NCBI GenBank assembly: GCA_024137785.1
Contig: JAHRHZ010000081.1
Span: 7,372,898-7,436,897, forward strand
Origin: Ginglymostoma cirratum
Lineage: Eukaryota
Reading direction: 5' to 3'
Length of the DNA: 64,000 bases
Shown here: positions 1 through 11,715 of the stretch, piece after piece
Position numbering within the stretch: the stretch's first letter is position 1
Layout of the letters: the number at the start of each line of letters is the position of its first letter
The notes under the pieces: generated by a model
Database searches by the model: none
What the model was told of the DNA's origin: nothing
What the model saw: the letters and a program-made list of their open reading frames with translations, nothing else
Position numbers and translations under genes: made by a program

Positions 1-124
1 GTGTCTTTAAGGGTCTCCATCTTTAAGGGCTGTATAGATAAAATGTTGAGCCTCTACGTGCCTGTTAATCTGCTGTAAGTCTGTAAAGCTGCACATGGGG
101 AAATCAGTATCTTTGCTGTAATAA

Positions 125-383
125 GAGATAACAAGGTGTAGATCTGGATGAACACAGCAGGCCAAGCAGCATCAGAGGAGCAGGAAAGCTGACGTCTCGG
201 GCCTAGACCCTTCTTCAGAAATTTCTAAATTTGTCTTTCCTAGGTTTCTGAAATTTCTGAAGAAGGGTCTAGGCCCGAAACGTCAGTTTTCCTGCTCCTC
301 TGACGCTGCTTGGCCTGCTGTGTTCATCCAGCTCTATACCTTGCTATCTCAGATACTCCAGCATCTGCAGTTCCTACTCTATC
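125..383. mobile_element. Penelope-like family A short fold-back element
   Basis: 125-225 is the reverse complement of 250-350 (24 nt spacer), followed by an unpaired tail; hammerhead-like core at 257-284. Confidence 0.85.
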
Positions 384-559
384 TTGGCTTAGAATGTGTT
401 TTATGGTTTTAAATAAACTAACCCACAGAGTTAATCAATCTTTGATGATTGGTTGGTAGTTAAATCATTATCAATAACATGACATTCATACAGCACTTAG
501 CATCCCATGCTGGGCATGTATTCAGGCTGAAATTAGCCGAAGTGATAAATATCAGGACA

Positions 560-1050
560 GATGGCGGCAGAGTAGGACTCCTGAGCAGGATCTAATCCAC
601 TTTGTCTGCTTCTTTTCTTTTTTTCCCACTATTTTTGCATTTCTTTCCATTCTCCTTGCACCTTGCATTCTTGGGTGGCATCAACGACGTCCAGGGTAAA
701 AGCCAGTGCAGACTCGTGGCCTCAGCACGGATCCAGACTCCCAGCCCAGGTGCGGACCCGGGCTCCCGGCCTCAACATGGACTCAGGCTCGATCTCCCAG
801 CCTCGAGGTGAAGCCCGGTGTGGTCTGGGTTGGAAGGACTGTTATTCTGAACTCTTATTTCTCTACTTTTCTTATTTATTGCTGGATGTTTTATTTCTTT
901 ATTTTTCTAAAATTTCCCTTAAGAATTTGTACTTCAGAATCTGTACCTGGGTACTTGTTACCTAAGATGGTGCTGTAATTGGTGACTTGTAAACTTTCAC
1001 TATTCTCATGTCAGGGGACATGTGACAATAAAGTTAATTGTAACTCTACT
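560..1050 (+). mobile_element. Probable non-autonomous retroposon ending in TGTGACAATAAA; a related 3' end lies at about 29190-29315 on the - strand
   Basis: Both loci share cctaagatggYgc...ttYcact...tgtgacaataaag; family not identified. Confidence 0.4.
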
Positions 1051-1244
1051 TCTAAATGTAAGGTGATCAAAAGCTTGGTCAAATAGATAGCATTTAAAGA
1101 GGGTTTTGTCCATTAAAGGAGGAGAAAGAGAGATATAGGTGTTTAGGGATGGAATTCCAGAGTTTAAAATGCCTGGTTCGCTAAAAACAATCACAAAAAT
1201 GGATCGAAGGATGTTGATGCATGAGAAACTAGAGTTGGAGTTAG

Positions 1245-1370
1245 AGTCTCTCTTACTCACTCATTCACTCATGCCTGCATTCTCTCTCTCACTCACTTAC
1301 ATACATCTACTGTCACTTACTCACTCACACATCCACTCTTTCAGTCACACAGTCACCCATCCATTCACAG
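1245..1370. repeat. Degenerate (CACT)n/(CT)n simple repeat
   Basis: Runs of ctca, tcac and ctct. Confidence 0.7.
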
Positions 1371-2388
1371 AAATTGGTATCAATAAACCAAAGGAGACCT
1401 GGGGAAGTAATGGAATAGAGAAGACTGTGATACTCTGCAATTGTTACAGAACAACTTTTACCTTCTATATCTATCTAAAACGGCAGTGCTTACAAGCCTC
1501 AGTTCACTATCTATATTTGCTTTTCCAGTATCCAAAACTTGAGGACAACTTGAGGATTAAAACATTTCATATCATTTCGTTGACCAGGAGTCAGAAATAC
1601 AATTTTAACTCGTTCTTTCCGGAATCTCAAAGTGCACCTCACCTCCCTCTGATTCTATTTTCTCTCATTGACTTTGGTTTAATGTCACCTAAAATCTCAA
1701 GTTTGGTCAAACTTGATCTCCTATCCTTCTGGCTATGTTATTTTGTTTTCTCACAATGACAAACATCTGTTTAGCAGATGTTTTAAAAGTTTATGTTGGT
1801 TAACTTATGTATATATTTCAGACACAGCATTTCATCCAAAGTATTTTACCTGAACTGAAAACTGAATGTTGGAACTTTAAATGTTAAAATGAGAACACCT
1901 CCCATCTTTATGAGCTCTCTGGAATTTAAGCCCAGATACAATGCATATTAAATATATATAATGGTTTGCTGACGGTGGATCTATACTTGAGTCCACTATA
2001 ATTGGATGCATACCAAAAGTGTGACTGTTGGGAAGGGAGGTGTAAACTTGTAATGTGTATTTCTTAACATAAGCAGAAAATTATATCAAGATTTGCTCAG
2101 GTCTGTTCATCCCCATGTGGTTTTCTGGGACAGAACACAAACTATACAATCTCCCCTGCAGTCCTGATTTCCTGGCTCAGATAGTAGATTTCTGGAAAAT
2201 GAGCCTGCAAAAAAAAACATTGCTTTGGAGAAAACAGACATATGTTGCTCAGTGTTCAGTTCTTGGCAGTAGTACAATACTATGGACTAGTGGCAAACAG
2301 TTGGGTGGGACCAGCAAAAAATCCAAGCCTGAAAACTGGTGAACTAATCTAAGATGATTCCATAAGAGTGCGATTTATTTTTTAAAAA

Positions 2389-2723
2389 TTCGTTCATGGG
2401 ATGTGGGCATTACTGGTTGGGCCAGCATTTGTTGCCCATCCCTAATTGCCCGGGGGCAGTTAAGAGTCAACCACATTGCTGTGGGTCTGGAGTCACATGT
2501 TGGCCAGACCAGGTAAGGATGGCAGATTTCCTTCCTTCAAGGACATTAGTGAACCAGACGGGTTTTCTGGACAATCGGTAATGGTTTCATGGTCATCATT
2601 AGACTCCTAATTCCAGATTATTATTGAATTCAAATTCCACCTTGGCCAGATTCAATCCAGGGTCCCCAGACCATTACCTGAATATCTGGATTAATAGTCT
2701 AGCGATAATATCCCTTGGCCATC
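2389..2723 (-). mobile_element. tRNA-derived SINE with an L2/CR1-group LINE-type 3' tail
   Basis: Reverse complement of the copies at 6305 and 8664; tail gggcaattagggatgggcaa...cccatgaa. Confidence 0.75.
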
Positions 2724-3060
2724 ACCTACCCCACATTATCATACCCAGGGAATTCAGATGGAGTAAGGCTGATGTGGTAGGGAGATTACTTGGTGATCAA
2801 ATCCAACAAGTTTTGGGAGCTGAACTCTACCTTGGGGGGCCCAGAGTTGTGAAGGATTGTTGTAAAAACCTACTTGGTACACTAATGCCCTACAGGGAAG
2901 GAAATCTGCCCTTCTTACCTGGTCTGGCCTACATGTGACTCCAGACAGATAGCAATGATGTTGAAATGACATAGCAGGCCACTAAGTTCAAGAGGAAGTA
3001 CAGATGGGCAAGAAATGCTAACCTGCCAGTGATGCCCACATCCCATTAAAGAATTAAACT

Positions 3061-3267
3061 AAAAATGGAAAATTACTGAAGAAATTCAGCAGATCTGATA
3101 GCAAATGTAGTGAGAGAAAGCAGAGATCACATTTCAAGTCCAGTCTGAAGTAGGCATACAAAACTTTAATTCTGTCTCTCTCTACAGATGCTGCCAGACC
3201 TGCTGAGTTTCTCCAGCAATTTTCTGTTTTTGTTTCAGATTACCAGCATCTGCAGTTCTTTATTTTA
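3061..3267. mobile_element. Penelope-like family B fold-back element, diverged
   Basis: About 3061-3135 is inverted relative to about 3162-3231, plus the tail ccagcatctgcagttctt. Confidence 0.7.
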
Positions 3268-3675
3268 GAGAGTGCAGTGGGTTGGGGCATGGAGGAGCAG
3301 ACAGAAGATCAGTGAGATTCACGGGATAATAAGCATGGGGCTGGATGAACACAGCAGGTCAAGCAGCATCATAGGAGCAGGAAAACTTGACGTTTCGGGC
3401 CTAAACCCTTCATCAGAAATGGGGGAGGGGAAGAGGGTTCTGAAATAAATAGGGAGAGAGGGGGAGGCGGATAGAGGATGGATAGAGGAGAGGATGCAGA
3501 CAAGTCGAAGAGGCGGGGATGGAGCCAGGAAAGGTGAGTGTAGGTAGGGGGGTAGGGAGGAGATAGGTCAGTCCAGGGAGGACGGACAGGTCAAGGGGGC
3601 GGGATGATGTTAGTAGATAGGAGATGGGTGTGTGGCATGAGGTGGGAGGAGGGGATAGGTGAGAGGAAAAACAGG

Positions 3676-4194
3676 TTAGGGAGGTGGAGATGAGCTGGGC
3701 TGGTTTTGGGATGCGGTTGGGGGAGGGGAGATTTTGAAGCTTGTGAAATCTACATTGATGCCATTGGGCTGCAGGGTTCCCAGGCTGAATATGATTTGCT
3801 GTTCCTGCAGCCTTCGGGTGGCATCACTGTGGCATTGCAGGAGGCCCAGGATGGACATATCATCTGAGGAATGGGATGGGGAGTTGAAATGGTTCGCGAC
3901 TGGGAGGTGCAGTTGTTTGTTGCAAACCGAGCGCAGGTGTTCTGCAAAGCGGTCCCCAAGCCTCCGCTTGGTTTCCCCGATGTAGAGGAAGCCACAACGG
4001 GTACAGCGGATGCAGTATACCACATTGGCAGATGTGCAGGTGAACACCTGCCTGATGTGGAAAGTCTTCTTGGGGCCTGGGATTGGGGTGAGGGAGGAGG
4101 TGTGGGGGCAGGTGTAGCACTTCCTGCGGTTACAGGGAAAAGTGCCGGGTGTGGTGGGGCTGGAGGGGAGTGTGGAGCGGACAAGGGAGTCACG
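3676..4194 (-). pseudogene. 5'-truncated but uninterrupted frame for the PLE zinc linker and GIY-YIG endonuclease (172 aa)
   Basis: RDSLVRS...PCNRRKCYTC...NVVYCIRCTRCGFLYIGETKRRLGDRFAEH...VANHF...LQEQQIIFSLGTLQPNGIN; VVY/YIG motifs, CCHH residues and catalytic-type R, E and N present; no ATG ahead of the domain. Confidence 0.9.
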
Positions 4195-4636
4195 CGAACC
4201 ATTTCAACTCCCCCTCCCATTCCTCAGATGACATGTCCATCCTGGGCCTCCTGCAATGCCACAATGATGCCACCCGAAGGAACAGCAAATCATATTCAGC
4301 CTGGGAACCCTGCAGCCCAATGGCATCAATGTGGATTTCACAAGCTTCAAAATCTCCCCTCCCCCAACCGCATCCCAAAACCAGCCCAGCTCATCTCCAC
4401 CTCCCTAACCGGTTTTTCCTCTCACCCCAAGCCACACCCCCATCTCCTATCTACTAACATCATCCCGCCCCCTTGACCTGTCCGTCCTCCCTGGACTGAC
4501 CTATCTCCTCCCTACTCCCCTACCTACACTCACCTTTACTGGCTCCATCCCCGCCTCTTCGACTTGTCTGCCTCCTCTCCACCTATCCTCCCCTCTCTCC
4601 CTATTTATTTCAGAACCCTCTTCCCCTCCCCCATTT

Positions 4637-4664
4637 CTGATGAAGGGTCTAGGCCCGAAACGTC
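4637..4664 (+). ncRNA. Minimal type I hammerhead ribozyme motif (family A)
   Basis: CTGATGA-a-GGGT(ctag)GCCC-GAAAC-GTC: both core boxes, stem II, palindromic ACGT stem III and a GUC cleavage triplet; stem I is weak (AUUU/AAGU). Confidence 0.7.
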
Positions 4665-4730
4665 AAGTTTTCCTGCTCCTATGATGCTGCTTGACCTGCT
4701 GTGTTCATCCAGCCCCATGCTTGTTATCTC

Positions 4731-4907
4731 GGACTACAATCCCCAGTTGTCGTTGCGGCGTTGACGTTACACGCACGGCGCGTGCGTACGTCGGACGAAA
4801 GCCAATCAGCCGTAGAGCATGCGATTGACGTGGGGCCCCGCCCCCAGGTTCCGCACACGCGCAGAGTTCTGGGTTTCACCCTCGGCTGCAGTCAGCTCCC
4901 GCCCGCC
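4731..4907 (+). promoter_or_regulatory. CpG-rich RAB8B proximal promoter and 5'UTR
   Basis: ACTACAATCCCCA (ACTAYRNNNCCCR, ZNF143/THAP11 motif) 4733-4745; CRE-like TGACGTTA 4762-4769; palindrome ACGCACG-gcg-CGTGCGT 4771-4787; CCAAT box AGCCAATCAG 4800-4809; TGACGTGG 4826-4833; GC box GCCCCGCCCCC 4835-4845; high CpG density in a CpG-poor window. Confidence 0.85.
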
Positions 4908-5031
4908 ATGGCCAAGACGTACGATTACCTCTTTAAGCTGCTGTTGATCGGCGACAGCGGCGTCGGTAAAACCTGCCTCCTTTTCCGCTTCTCGGAGGAC
5001 GCATTTAACACGACCTTCATCTCCACCATAG
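4908..5031 (+). CDS. RAB8B: Ras-related protein Rab-8B, coding exon 1 ([42 protein letters not shown]), 124 nt
   Basis: Kozak context gccgccATGG, P-loop GDSGVGKT, donor ag|GTGAGT at 5032. TCLLF and AFNTT are the RAB8B residues (RAB8A has TCVLF and AFNST). Confidence 0.97.
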
Positions 5032-5091
5032 GTGAGTTCGCAGTGAGGGAGTAGGAGCCGATCTCGGGGCCTGCCGTTGTTTTAGGGGCGC

Positions 5092-5440
5092 CCCACCTCA
5101 TCCCCTCCCCCCTCTCTCGCCCCCCCCCCCTTCACTCCCCCCCCCCACTCACCCCTATCCCCTCCCCCTCTGACTTGCCACTTCTCCCACCCCCCCATCT
5201 TACCATCTCCTGTATTTCCACCCCCATCTCTACCACACCCCCACCCCAACCCGTCTCCCATCTCTGCCTCCCAGTGCCCATTTCCCCACTTGATGCCCAT
5301 GGCCCTCCACCCCCAGTGCCCCCTTGCGTATTCCCTCCTAAGCCACCACCATCTACCCCTCCCCACCTCCTTGCCATCTCTTCCCTACATCTCCCTCAAC
5401 CTCCAAACCCCTGCACCCGTTTCCCTCAATTCTCCCCTAT
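5092..5440. repeat. C-rich low-complexity tract at the start of intron 1 (G4/i-motif potential)
   Basis: Many runs of three or more C on the + strand. Confidence 0.8.
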
Positions 5441-6304
5441 CTCTATAAACAAGGCAAGTTCCCATGAAAAAGGTTTTTGGTTCAGGCAGTGGGATGCCAG
5501 AAATTGGCCTGATGTTGAATAGGGTGAAGGAGTCTTTTTATGATTCTTGGCGGCCCCTGAGGAGCAGAACCTCTTGTGTGGCACAACTATGTGAACGTAC
5601 AGTTTCAAAGTACGAGCAAGAGAACTACTGCTGAGACGCATTTGAAACTTGCATATTAAGTATCAGATATTTGCTGGAATTTTGGATGTAAAGATCAGAA
5701 TTAAATTTGTTTTGAAATGTAATTGAGCAAAAATACTAATTTAATTGAGTTAGAAATTATTGAGGTCTGTGCTTCAGGTTTTTCTTTTTTTGCCCAAGTC
5801 GCAAATGATGCTGGTTTCCCAATTGAAGTTTTAAATTATTGTACAGATTTGTGGATGCTTTAGTGCTTTGGTCAGTGGTAAAGTACTTGCAGAAAAGCAT
5901 ATTACTTTGTAGCATGTTTCAAAAATAAACTTCATATTTAGGATGTTTGAAATGATATTCAATTTGGTTTCATACACCTGTGGAGATGTTACTACTTGTC
6001 TCAACCGAGCTTTGAAAATTTATACTAATTCAAAAATACTTCAGTCACCTTTTTTGGAAAAAAAATGCCATTTTACTGTTGTATACAATTCTCAATTAAA
6101 TTGTTTGTTTTTTTTTCAACGCAAAAGCTGACATTTGCTTCTCGGAAATGGGCTTTCATTTTTGATTTTCTCAAATGAAATATTTGTGCTTCCTCTTGAG
6201 AGATCTGGTGCTTGCTTAGAATCAGAATATGAGTGTGTTAACAGACAATTGCAGTGTAATAGTTATAGAATCTTTTCATATGTTGATTCCTTGATCAGTG
6301 TGGA

Positions 6305-6702
6305 TGCGATGGTCTAGTGGTAATATCGCTGGACTGTTAATTCAGAGACCCAGATAATGTTCTGGAAGACCCGGGTTCAAATCCTGCCATGGCAGATGGT
6401 GGAATTTAAATTCAATAAATATCTGGAATTAAGAGTCTGATGACTGTGAATCCATTGTTGATTGCTGAAAAACCCGTCTGGTTCACTAAGGTCCTTAACT
6501 GGTCCAGTTTACATGCGACTCTAGACCCACAGCAATGTGGTTGATGCTTAACTACCTTCTGGGCAATTAGGGATGGGCAATAAATGCTAGACAGCGACAC
6601 CCTCCTGGGATGACAGGCATTTTTATATTCATTCATGGGATGAGGGTGTCGCTGTCTAGCATGTATTGCCTGTCCCATGAATGAGTATAAAAATGCCTGT
6701 CA
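6305..6702 (+). mobile_element. tRNA-derived SINE with LINE-type tail; 3' end rearranged
   Basis: A-box-like ggtctagtgg, B-box-like ggttcaaatcc; matches 8664-9005. Confidence 0.8.
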
Positions 6703-8663
6703 GTTTGTTGCGATGGGGCCCTGGTAGTAGTTGTGGTGAGTGTTTTAAGGTGATGGATTTAAAATAGTAGTACAAGGTGAACGCATGTTACTGAATTAGC
6801 TTGCCTACTGGTTCTCCTGCAGTTCCTCCTTAAGCCTTTTAATATTTATTAGGAGTACTGAATAAACTAACATCAACTGTGAATTTTATACCTAGGTATG
6901 ATGTGTATTGACTGCATATTTCAGATCTTTTCTTAAGGTACGTTTACATTCAACTCTAGCATGATCATGCAGTTTGGTTGTGGCTTGTACAGATAACTGA
7001 AGTTCTGTGTGAATTTGAAATGAAATTTGTCCTGACTTTAGACAGGATGTGAATGTAGTGTAGTTCCAGTGTTGCATCAAGTTGCCTTTTCAAAAAAAAA
7101 AACGAAACAGACATTTTTGATGAACTGCAGGTGCATTTTCAAAACAGCGGACATCCCCTCACACCTCCACCACCACCCCCTCCATGTGAGCAGGGTAATG
7201 ACTTACAGGTCATGTTAGCTGTCAGCATTGAGACCTGCATCTTTGTATAAATGAAATGGAAATGGAGTTTGGAGATAGCTCTTTTTGTAATTGAAAATGA
7301 AATACAGTCAGTATTTCGTGTTGTAGAGTGGAGCTTGACTGTTATTTTTGAGTGAAGAAGGGCTAGCGGGCAGTCATTAATATGACTGAGACATTGACAT
7401 AAATAGTGCCTATGTTAAAATCTTACATTTTTGCCGTTATTTATACATAATTAATTTTTTTATTTAACAAAACTTGTAAACAAGAATTTGTTGTGAAAAC
7501 CAGAAAAATTGAGTCAGTTGTGTTGTAGGAAATTCAATGCTGTAGGGTTGATATGGCAGGATATGTTATTACTTCCAGCAATGTGCTGTTTCTGTGCACT
7601 GATTTGACATGGAATGTTTCAGAAACGTGAGCGCTGTGAATCTGTTTTTAATGTATATATGGTAGTATTTCCCACACTTTATCTCAAGATTTGAAAATGG
7701 TCATGACCCATCAGTGAGAACCGAGCACACAGGAGGGCAGCTATTATAACTTGTTCAAAGCTCCATGGTGGTCAGTGTTGCCCAAGGTGTCTCGAATCCA
7801 CTTAGGACACCAATCCCCATGTTGGGAATATGTGATAAAGTTATCCAGTCTGTTTTCTTTTAGAGCATAAAGCCTTTGTTTATATGTCATCTCAATTCAA
7901 GTACTTTGTTTGATAAGTTTGTTGTTCTTGATGCTATTGGTCAGAATTTGTATATCAATGAGGTTTGGTTTTAGACTAAAACATCGACATTAATATACAC
8001 AGAAAATCACATTTTTGCCAACAAACACCACTATGTGATATGTTTCATAGGCAATGCTTTTCATTCAACATTGCAATTTGCACCAATCCCACGACTGAGT
8101 CGTGGATTTCTCCATTGCTTCATGGTAATCTTATACAATACGCAATGTGTTTCCTATTACCATTCATGTTGGGGTGGGCAGAGTTTGTAATTAAATATTT
8201 CTCCAAGTTCAAGTAGAAACTTTGGCTCCTGTGTTGCATGTTACTGAGATTTTAATAGACCATTGCAAACTGCAGCTGCAGTTATGACAGACCAGTCCAT
8301 ACCTACTTTGTTCCTATGACAGAAGAACAGCAGTTTGGAAAGAATAAGAGGAAATTACTAAAAAGGTGCATAATTGACTTGTTCAACTGGTTGCATAATA
8401 TGTCCTGCAACCTTGATTAAAATGAGAGGACAAGTAGATGACCTGACTAGTCACTGAGTTACATAATAAGATGAAGTTACGAAATACTGTTTAGTCAAAA
8501 GAGGCTTTCCATAGACTGGTTGGAGCATTTCATTATGTAGAACATTTTAGTGTTTTAAAATATCTTCGAGGCATAGCAAATTTCAGTTCTGACTTGAAGT
8601 ATGTGGCACAGTCTTTAGATTCGAATCCATTCAGTTCAGTGTTTGAACACAAGTAAAGGGAAG

Positions 8664-9005
8664 TGGCCTAGTGGTATTATCACTGAACTGTTAATCCAGA
8701 GACCCAGATAACGTTCTGGGGACCCAGGTTCGAATTGCGCCATGGCAGATGGTGGGATTTGAATTCAATACATATCTGGAATTAAGAATCTGATGATGAC
8801 GGTGAATCCCTTGTCGATTGTTGGAAAAACCCATCTGGTTCACAAATGTCCTTCAAGGAAGGAAACTGCCATCCTTACGTCTGGCCTACATGTGACTCCA
8901 GACCACAGCAATGTGGTTGAATCTTAACTGCCCTCTAGGCGATTAGGGATGGGCAATAAATGCTGCCTGGCCAGTGACGCCCTTATCCTGTAAATGAATA
9001 AATAA
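8664..9005 (+). mobile_element. tRNA-derived SINE, near full length (further copies at 2860-3057 +, 42117-42411 -, 47525-47870 -)
   Basis: tggcctagtgg...ggttcgaatt head and gggatgggcaataaatgctg...aatgaataaa tail. Confidence 0.8.
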
Positions 9006-9039
9006 GAAATTGGTAGATTTTTTTTTTCCATTGAACATT

Positions 9040-9610
9040 AAAAATAGGAACTGGAGTAAGCTGTTCAGTCCATTGAGCCTGCTCTGGAGCTTACTGTTGA
9101 GCCTTCAACATCATAATGGCTGATCCTTTATCTCAATTCCGTACTCCCGCACTCTCCCTGTATCCCTCAGTGTTCTAGAAATCTTTTTTTTTCTTAAACG
9201 TATTCACTGACTTCACCTCTGCAGCCTTGCGTGGTTGAGAATTCCACAGGTTCACCACCTTCCGAGTGAAGACATTTCTCCTTATCTAAGTCTGGAATGG
9301 CTCAAGGATAACTATAATTTCCGCGTTCAGTCTGTCCAGCTCTGTCAGAGTTTTGTTTCAATGAGATTGCCTCTCATTCTTCTAAACTCCAGTGCTCAGT
9401 CAATCCAGGTTCATCTCATAAGCCAAACCTGCCATCCAGGAATCAGTCTGGTGAGCTTTCACTGATGTCCCTCTGTGGTAAGTAATCTTTTCTTGAGTGA
9501 GGAGATCAAAACTGCACACGACACTCCAGGCTCTGTATAGCTGCAATAATTTCATTGATCCCGTTCTCAAATAATCTTGCAGTGAAGGCCTACATACCAT
9601 TTGCCGCCTT
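9040..9610 (-). mobile_element. CR1 LINE 3' fragment, decayed
   Basis: Reverse complement resembles the CR1 ORF2 end and 3'UTR seen at 56060-56875. Confidence 0.65.
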
Positions 9611-10529
9611 AAATATTTCTCAGCCACGTAAGATATCTCTTTGAAAATGCAGGTTTTGTCACTTGGACTTCACTGCTTAAGTTACTGTTTTTAATCTGTT
9701 TCTTGCATGTATTGTTTTATAAGTATGTTTGTATTTTTATAAGCTTTAAATTGATAAACCTATATGATGCAACAGAATGTCCTATGTTTTTAGCTGCTGT
9801 GAGCGAGGGGTAACTAGGAGCACTGATGGAATGTTCTTAAATACATGCTTACAAGCTGCTTTGGAGCGTGAGTTTACTTGTATAGCGTGTGGACTTTTAA
9901 AACTCTGGAGTAGTAGGGATATAGTTTCACATTAAATCTTCCAATGCGGTTACTGTCACTCGACTGATAATCTACCAGAGCTTTTCTTTGAGCTGCCTAG
10001 TCTAATTGTGCTCCCTGATTGCTGAACATTCTTTTAATACCCCTTTCTTCTAAGCAACTAGCTAATTCTTTCTTAAAGAATGTATGGACTGTAATTCAGC
10101 AATGTTTTGTGACAAAGTATTGTGTACTAAAGGTTTTATTTTGGTGCTTTTATAGCCGTTAAAAGAGTGGCTTTTTTGTGTTCAGTTAATTGTCTGTCCT
10201 CTTTACTTGGGCTTTACTGTGATGAGGTTGTACATATACCAAACGCCCACTAGAATTTTAACCAAGTGGACATTTTCATGTCAATCTTGATTGCACCGAC
10301 AGGTTATTTGAGCAAGGGGACATCACTACTCAGCTTGATCTAGCTTTCAATTAATTGTCAACTTGATGTTTTCAGTAGGGGCTATATGATGGATAAGGTT
10401 TAGAAGTCCTGGGCACTCCCTGTCCAGAAACAGTGGGCTAATTTCTTCTGCCACAGCAGCCAGCCTGGCTTGGATCAGTTAACTCAGCACAAACTGGACA
10501 TAAAGCCACTGGGCTTTATAGGAATACAA

Positions 10530-10930
10530 ATTTTTTAAAAGATGTTTTGTACCCACAAGGTATTGCAAAGTGCTATATCGCAAATTAAATGATATGAAAA
10601 TTTGTAATGTAAAAAATGTGGCAGCTAATTTTTAGACAGAAAACTCCCACAAACAACTGTGCAGTAATGAACAAATCTTCCTTTCTGTAATGTTTTGCCC
10701 AGGACCCCAAAGAGACCTTTCATGTTTTTCTTCAAAATAGTGACATGGGATCTTTTTTATCTACCTGGGAGGACAGACAGATCCTTGGCTTTAATGTTTA
10801 AGTACAACCATGATCCAGTGTTTTAATTCCTTTTGAGCTCATTTCCTGCTGTGGGACTTGAACTCAGATTCTTGTGGCTCAGGTGTGTACGTTACCAACT
10901 GAACATGAGGCTGATATGCTAACTGAGTCG
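10530..10930 (-). mobile_element. Deu-domain (SacSINE1/AmnSINE1-like) SINE, decayed
   Basis: Reverse complement has aaaagatcccatgtcactattttgaagaa...ttgtgggag, shared with 19190-19455. Confidence 0.55.
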
Positions 10931-11715
10931 CGTCGGTGGTTGTTCATCATTCAAACTCATTTGGGTGGGGAATTTTTGTTACACTGACTGAGTTATTCAG
11001 GTGGCTACTTTTAATTGTAAAAGGTTTAGAAACTGTAAATTCTGAATACTCAATTTTTAGACCTGGACATGATAGTTTGTAAGATCCTTTATCTCTCTCT
11101 CTTGTGAACTGTCAATCGATATAGTATAACTTAACTAAATAATAGCTGGGGTTCCTTGAAAATGCTGGACAGTAAGGGTGAAATAACCAAATTGGAAAAT
11201 GGTCTTTCTTTGTGCCCTAAGCGTTAAATTATCCTTTTCTCAATCAATTGCCATAAACATTTACAATAATTGTAGCCGTTGTTCGCATTTAAAGCAGAGT
11301 CCAGTTTGTAGTTCGTCTGAAACTATAGAACATTACAGTGCAGTACAGGCCCTTCGGCCCTCGATGTTGCGCCGACCTGTGAAACCGATCTGAAGCCCAT
11401 CTAACCTACACTATTCTATTATCATCTTATAAGAGAGAGACGATGCCTGAACTGAGAGGTTATCCATTTTGAGATTCTTATTTTCAGTTCATGGATGACA
11501 TCTGCACGTGGCTTGAGATCCTGCTCTTTTAAAAGCATTTGGCCTGTGCTAAGCCATTGCTTACTCACTCCGTAAGATAGTCAACACATGTTGATGTCCA
11601 GTTTCTGCTCTTTGTCTTCACTGCTCCTCAATCATGCTGCTTGGCAATTTTGTGCATGGGTTGACTTTGCCCTGAGACTGTTTGTTTGAGTCAAGTTGTT
11701 GTCCGGCCTTATTCA

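Larger units (their letters stand above)
3322..4733. mobile_element. Penelope-like family A element with inverted arms (- arm 3322-4194, + arm 4193-4733)
   Basis: The + arm is the reverse complement of 3322-3898 apart from small deletions; GIY-YIG frame; hammerhead cores at 3389-3416 (-) and 4637-4664 (+). Confidence 0.92.

Noticed and set aside
108-396. TSD around the first hairpin (tatctttgctgtaat vs tatcttggcttagaat)
   Set aside because: Similarity is partial and overlaps the element's own TATCT end, so I did not count it.
1139-1759. 206 aa ORF
   Set aside because: It spans a decayed repeat and a (CACT)n tract, has a GTG start and shows no recognisable domain.
4701-4907. In-frame 69 aa N-terminal extension of RAB8B in the ORF track
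   Set aside because: It starts at a GTG inside the retroelement and runs through promoter motifs. The ATG at 4908 has a strong Kozak context and matches the conserved Rab8 start.
5082-5522. Gly-rich and Pro-rich ORFs
   Set aside because: These are artefacts of the C-rich low-complexity tract.
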